A stretch of DNA of 20,000 bases from an uncultured virus (IMG/VR IMGVR_UViG_3300006737_000001) (taxonomy: Duplodnaviria; Heunggongvirae; Uroviricota; Caudoviricetes): positions 47,300 through 67,299 of the IMG/VR virus record IMGVR_UViG_3300006737_000001, one strand, 5' to 3'. The notes beneath the pieces are model-generated. The model searched no databases. It was not told the origin of the DNA and was given only the letters and a program-made list of their open reading frames with translations. This document shows, piece by piece, positions 17,155 through 20,000 of this stretch (the stretch's first letter is position 1; each line of letters begins with the position of its first letter). Both the position numbers and the translations under genes were made by a program.

Positions 17155-17523
17155 CTAAGCCTGTCTTAGCATTGCCCAATCATGGGATAAAGAAGCATGT
17201 GTAGCGTCAGGATTAATTGTAACTCCACACCAGTATAATCCAGTTGTAGAGATTGCTTTAAGTGAACTTGTTGAGCCACTTACCACAATATTATCTCCTA
17301 TCTGCGTCCATTCTCCAGCATCTGCTAAAGTTCCAGATGTGGTAGCTAATCTACCCCAAACTTGAATTACATCTGTATTAGTTCCTGTAGTATCATTATT
17401 TATAAATTGAAATGATAAACGGTCTTCGTTTTTAACGTTCACTGGACTTATGAGTTCTACTTGAGAAGTAGAGCTTCCTGTATAAGTGCCTGTGGTTAGT
17501 ACTGCTGATTTAAAATTTGCCAT
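17155..17523 (-). CDS. Small all-beta virion protein (122 aa), candidate spike base or decoration protein
   Basis: Alternating beta-strand pattern (RLSFQFIN, VIQVWG, WTQIG, YWCGVTI) and a GAGGT RBS. It precedes the adhesin. Function is inferred only. Confidence 0.55.
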   Translation of the reverse strand: MANFKSAVLTTGTYTGSSTSQVELISPVNVKNEDRLSFQFINNDTTGTNTDVIQVWGRLATTSGTLADAGEWTQIGDNIVVSGSTSSLKAISTTGLYWCGVTINPDATHASLSHDWAMLRQA

Positions 17524-17589
17524 ATTGTATACCTCACTTCGCTGGCTCGCGCCATACGTTGTATATATTATAAAAATAAACAGTAATAG

Positions 17590-17604
17590 TATTTAAAGGT
17601 TTCT
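17590..17604 (-). promoter_or_regulatory. Archaeal-type promoter (BRE + TATA box) for the spike/adhesin/neck genes
   Basis: Minus strand AGAAACC-TTTAAATA a few bases after the collagen gene stop, the same layout as at 9783..9798. Confidence 0.7.
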
Positions 17605-17608
17605 ATGA

Positions 17609-20000
17609 TTATGGTGACCATGAAGGCCAAGCACGTAAAGCACCGCCTACTGTAGCAGTTAAATATCCATTAGGTACACCTACGGTTGCCATGTCATACA
17701 TTTCTACAGGTGCTCCAGATGGGAAATATGTTATAGGACCTCCACCAATGTCTGTTAGTGCTGAACCACCTGCACCTGCGTGTGAAATAGTAGTACCTCC
17801 ACCACCACCGCCACCGGTTGCTCCTGTAGTTCCTTGATTACCTTGATTTCCAGTAGTTCCTGTACTTCCCTGAGTTCCTGTATTACCTGTAGTTCCTTGA
17901 TTACCAGTACCTGTAGTTCCTTGTCTGCCTTGAACACCCTGACGTCCTTGTGTACCTTGACGACCTTGTGTGCCTTGTTCTCCAGTAGTTCCTTGGTTAC
18001 CGGTATTACCTGTATTACCTGTATTACCAGTATCTCCCTTTTCTCCTTGAATACCTTGACGTCCTTGTACACCCTGACGACCTTGTTCACCTTGACGACC
18101 TTGTGTGCCTTGTTCTCCGTCAGTACCTTGTTCACCGGTAGTTCCTTGAGTACCACCACCACCACCGCCACCAGCATTACCTTGTCTTCCTTGTATTCCT
18201 TGTTCCCCATCAGTACCTTGATTTCCAGTACCAGTAGTTCCTTGATTACCGATTGTACCTTGGTTACCTGTATTACCTGTAGTTCCTGTATTTCCTGTAT
18301 CTCCCTTTTCTCCTTGCCTACCTTGTACACCCTGACGACCTTGTTCGCCTTGACGACCTTGTGTACCTTGTTCTCCAATAGTTCCTTGTCTACCCTGAGA
18401 ACCTTGAGTACCACCACCACCGCCACCACCAGCAGTACCTTGTGTACCTTGGTTACCAGCTTGTACAAATGTTATAACACAATCATCACCATTACTAAAA
18501 TAACTACTATTAGCTACATATTGAACTTGAACTTCTTCATAAGCAGTGGAACCACCACCACCTGCTACATTTGCACCCGTAATATTAAATGTAACCCATG
18601 TAGTAGAATCATCTGTTTTAAATATTCTTAAATGACCTCTCACTGCACCTGTTCCATCATCTAATGAATCGTTCCAAGCACTAACATCTACAGAGTTAAT
18701 ATCTAAATCTGAAATACCTACTTTACTTATTAAACCATAATTAGGAACACCACCACCACCGGGTAACGTAAGGTTAAATCCAAAGTTAGTTGCACCGGGT
18801 GAACCAGCACTAATATCAAAACTACTATAATTAAATTCTATACTATTACCACCAAACAATCCATCAGTACCTTGTGAACCTGTGTTACCTTGTCTGCCTT
18901 GAACACCCTGACGTCCTTGTGTACCTTGTCGACCTTGTGTGCCTTGTTCTCCAGTAGTTCCTTGGTTTCCAGTACCACCATCAGAACCATCAGTACCTTG
19001 ATTACCTGTAGTACCAACATTTCCTTGTCTACCTTGAACGCCTTGACGACCTTGTTCTCCTTGTCTTCCTTGTGCACCTTGTTCTCCATCAGTACCTTGG
19101 TTTCCAGTACCACCATCAGAACCATCAGTACCTTGATTACCTGTAGTACCAACATTTCCTTGTCTACCTTGAACACCCTGACGTCCTTGTGTACCTTGTT
19201 CACCGTCAGTGCCTTGTTCTCCATCAGTACCTTGATTACCTGTATTACCTGTGTTACCAGTATCTCCTTTTTCTCCTTGAATACCTTGACGTCCTTGTTC
19301 ACCTTGACGTCCTTGTATACCTTGTTCACCATCAGTACCTTGTTCTCCATCCGTACCTTGATTACCAGTTGTACCAGTAGTTCCTTGATTACCAGTTGTA
19401 CCAGTAGTTCCTTGAGTACCAGTTGTACCTTGGTTACCTACACCTCCAGTATCACCAGTATCTCCTTTTTCTCCTTGAATACCTTGACGTCCTTGTTCAC
19501 CTTGACGTCCCTGTACACCTTGACGACCTTGTTCTCCTTGTATACCTTGTTCTCCGTCAGTACCTTGTTCACCTGTAGTTCCTTGAGTACCACCACCGCC
19601 GCCACCACCGGTATTTCCTTGACGTCCTTGTATACCTTGTTCTCCGTCAGTACCTTGGTTTCCAGTACCAGTAGTTCCTTGATTACCGGTTGTCCCATCA
19701 GTACCTTGAGTCCCATCAGTACCTTGATTACCAGTTGTACCAACATCTCCTTGACGTCCCTGTACACCTTGACGACCTTGTTCTCCTTGTCTTCCTTGTA
19801 TACCTTGTTCTCCGTCAGTACCTTGTTCTCCATCAGTACCTTGATTACCGGTTGTACCAACATCTCCTTGACGTCCCTGTACACCTTGACGACCTTGTTC
19901 TCCTTGTCTTCCTTGTATACCTTGTTCTCCGTCAGTACCTTGTTCACCTGTAGTTCCTTGATTACCAGTTGTACCAACATCTCCTTGACGTCCTTGTACA
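17609..20000 (-). CDS. Collagen-like fibre protein, partial (>=796 aa, start lies beyond the right edge)
   Basis: The frame of the track ORF 17609..18859 stays open upstream of the TTG to position 19999 (VQGRQGDVGTTGNQGTTGEQ...). Two Gly-X-Y tracts flank a globular domain of about 135 aa, and there is a short C-terminal tip (PNGYLTATVGGALRAWPSWSP). Confidence 0.93.
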   Translation of the reverse strand, partial: VQGRQGDVGTTGNQGTTGEQGTDGEQGIQGRQGEQGRQGVQGRQGDVGTTGNQGTDGEQGTDGEQGIQGRQGEQGRQGVQGRQGDVGTTGNQGTDGTQGTDGTTGNQGTTGTGNQGTDGEQGIQGRQGNTGGGGGGGTQGTTGEQGTDGEQGIQGEQGRQGVQGRQGEQGRQGIQGEKGDTGDTGGVGNQGTTGTQGTTGTTGNQGTTGTTGNQGTDGEQGTDGEQGIQGRQGEQGRQGIQGEKGDTGNTGNTGNQGTDGEQGTDGEQGTQGRQGVQGRQGNVGTTGNQGTDGSDGGTGNQGTDGEQGAQGRQGEQGRQGVQGRQGNVGTTGNQGTDGSDGGTGNQGTTGEQGTQGRQGTQGRQGVQGRQGNTGSQGTDGLFGGNSIEFNYSSFDISAGSPGATNFGFNLTLPGGGGVPNYGLISKVGISDLDINSVDVSAWNDSLDDGTGAVRGHLRIFKTDDSTTWVTFNITGANVAGGGGSTAYEEVQVQYVANSSYFSNGDDCVITFVQAGNQGTQGTAGGGGGGGTQGSQGRQGTIGEQGTQGRQGEQGRQGVQGRQGEKGDTGNTGTTGNTGNQGTIGNQGTTGTGNQGTDGEQGIQGRQGNAGGGGGGGTQGTTGEQGTDGEQGTQGRQGEQGRQGVQGRQGIQGEKGDTGNTGNTGNTGNQGTTGEQGTQGRQGTQGRQGVQGRQGTTGTGNQGTTGNTGTQGSTGTTGNQGNQGTTGATGGGGGGGTTISHAGAGGSALTDIGGGPITYFPSGAPVEMYDMATVGVPNGYLTATVGGALRAWPSWSP
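17795..18457 (-). repeat. Gly-X-Y coding repeat tract 2 (about 220 codons)
   Basis: 9-nt periodicity (ccttg/acc) encoding GNQ, GTQ, GRQ, GEQ, GTT, GNT, with three Gly7 runs. Confidence 0.95.
18860..20000 (-). repeat. Gly-X-Y coding repeat tract 1 (about 380 codons) with 27-, 117- and 135-nt higher-order repeats
   Basis: caacatctccttgacgtcc recurs at 19741, 19858 and 19975 (117-nt period). cttggtttccagtaccaccatcagaacc recurs at 18961 and 19096 (135 nt). ccttgattaccagttgtaccagtagtt recurs at 19356 and 19383 (27 nt). Confidence 0.95.

Larger units (their letters stand above)
1..20000 (-). mobile_element. Tailed dsDNA virus (Caudoviricetes, siphovirus-like) virion morphogenesis module, probably infecting an archaeon; free virus versus provirus cannot be determined
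   Basis: All credible genes are co-oriented on the minus strand and mostly overlap or nearly abut (TAATG, TGATG, ATGA junctions). The order is adaptor, stopper, terminator, tube, chaperone, tape measure. BRE/TATA-like motifs occur in two intergenic gaps. No host genes or att sites are visible. Confidence 0.93.

Noticed and set aside
17609..18859. Track ORF starting at TTG 18859 as a complete 416-aa gene
   Set aside because: The frame is open upstream to the window edge and continues as Gly-X-Y. The TTG is an internal Leu.
17755..19980. Alternative-frame and antisense ORFs over the collagen gene (17755..18468, 17834..18631, 18838..19350, 19189..19380, 19438..19980, 19690..19953)
   Set aside because: These V/K/L-rich or T/L/S-rich translations are shadows of the 9-nt repeat, which lacks stops in other frames.
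18860..20000. Possible CRISPR array or DGR template/variable repeat pair
   Set aside because: The repeats are in-frame coding units without unique spacers. I saw no adenine-specific mismatch pattern, and there is no reverse transcriptase or cas gene in the window.

Overview
The whole window is one minus-strand virion morphogenesis block of a tailed dsDNA virus with a siphovirus-like gene order. It is AT-rich (GC not computed), uses the standard code, and most genes are tightly coupled. In transcription order (right to left) it holds: a proline-free collagen-like fibre (open at the right edge, >=796 aa); a small beta-sandwich protein; a 1152-aa beta-helix adhesin with a nested LamG-like domain; a 68-aa membrane-anchored coiled-coil protein; a head-tail adaptor; a head stopper with an inserted CBM-like domain; a tail terminator; a 560-aa orphan; two paralogous tail tube proteins; a tail assembly chaperone pair with a canonical -1 frameshift site; a TP901-type tape measure protein; and a giant mosaic tail-tip protein (>=1689 aa, open at the left edge, missing from the ORF track). 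BRE+TATA promoter motifs and GGTGA-type ribosome-binding sites point to an archaeal host. A marine euryarchaeal virus such as a magrovirus is plausible but not shown. I found no defence, CRISPR, retroelement or RNA-gene system. All protein family calls rest on motif recognition and gene order, not database searches.
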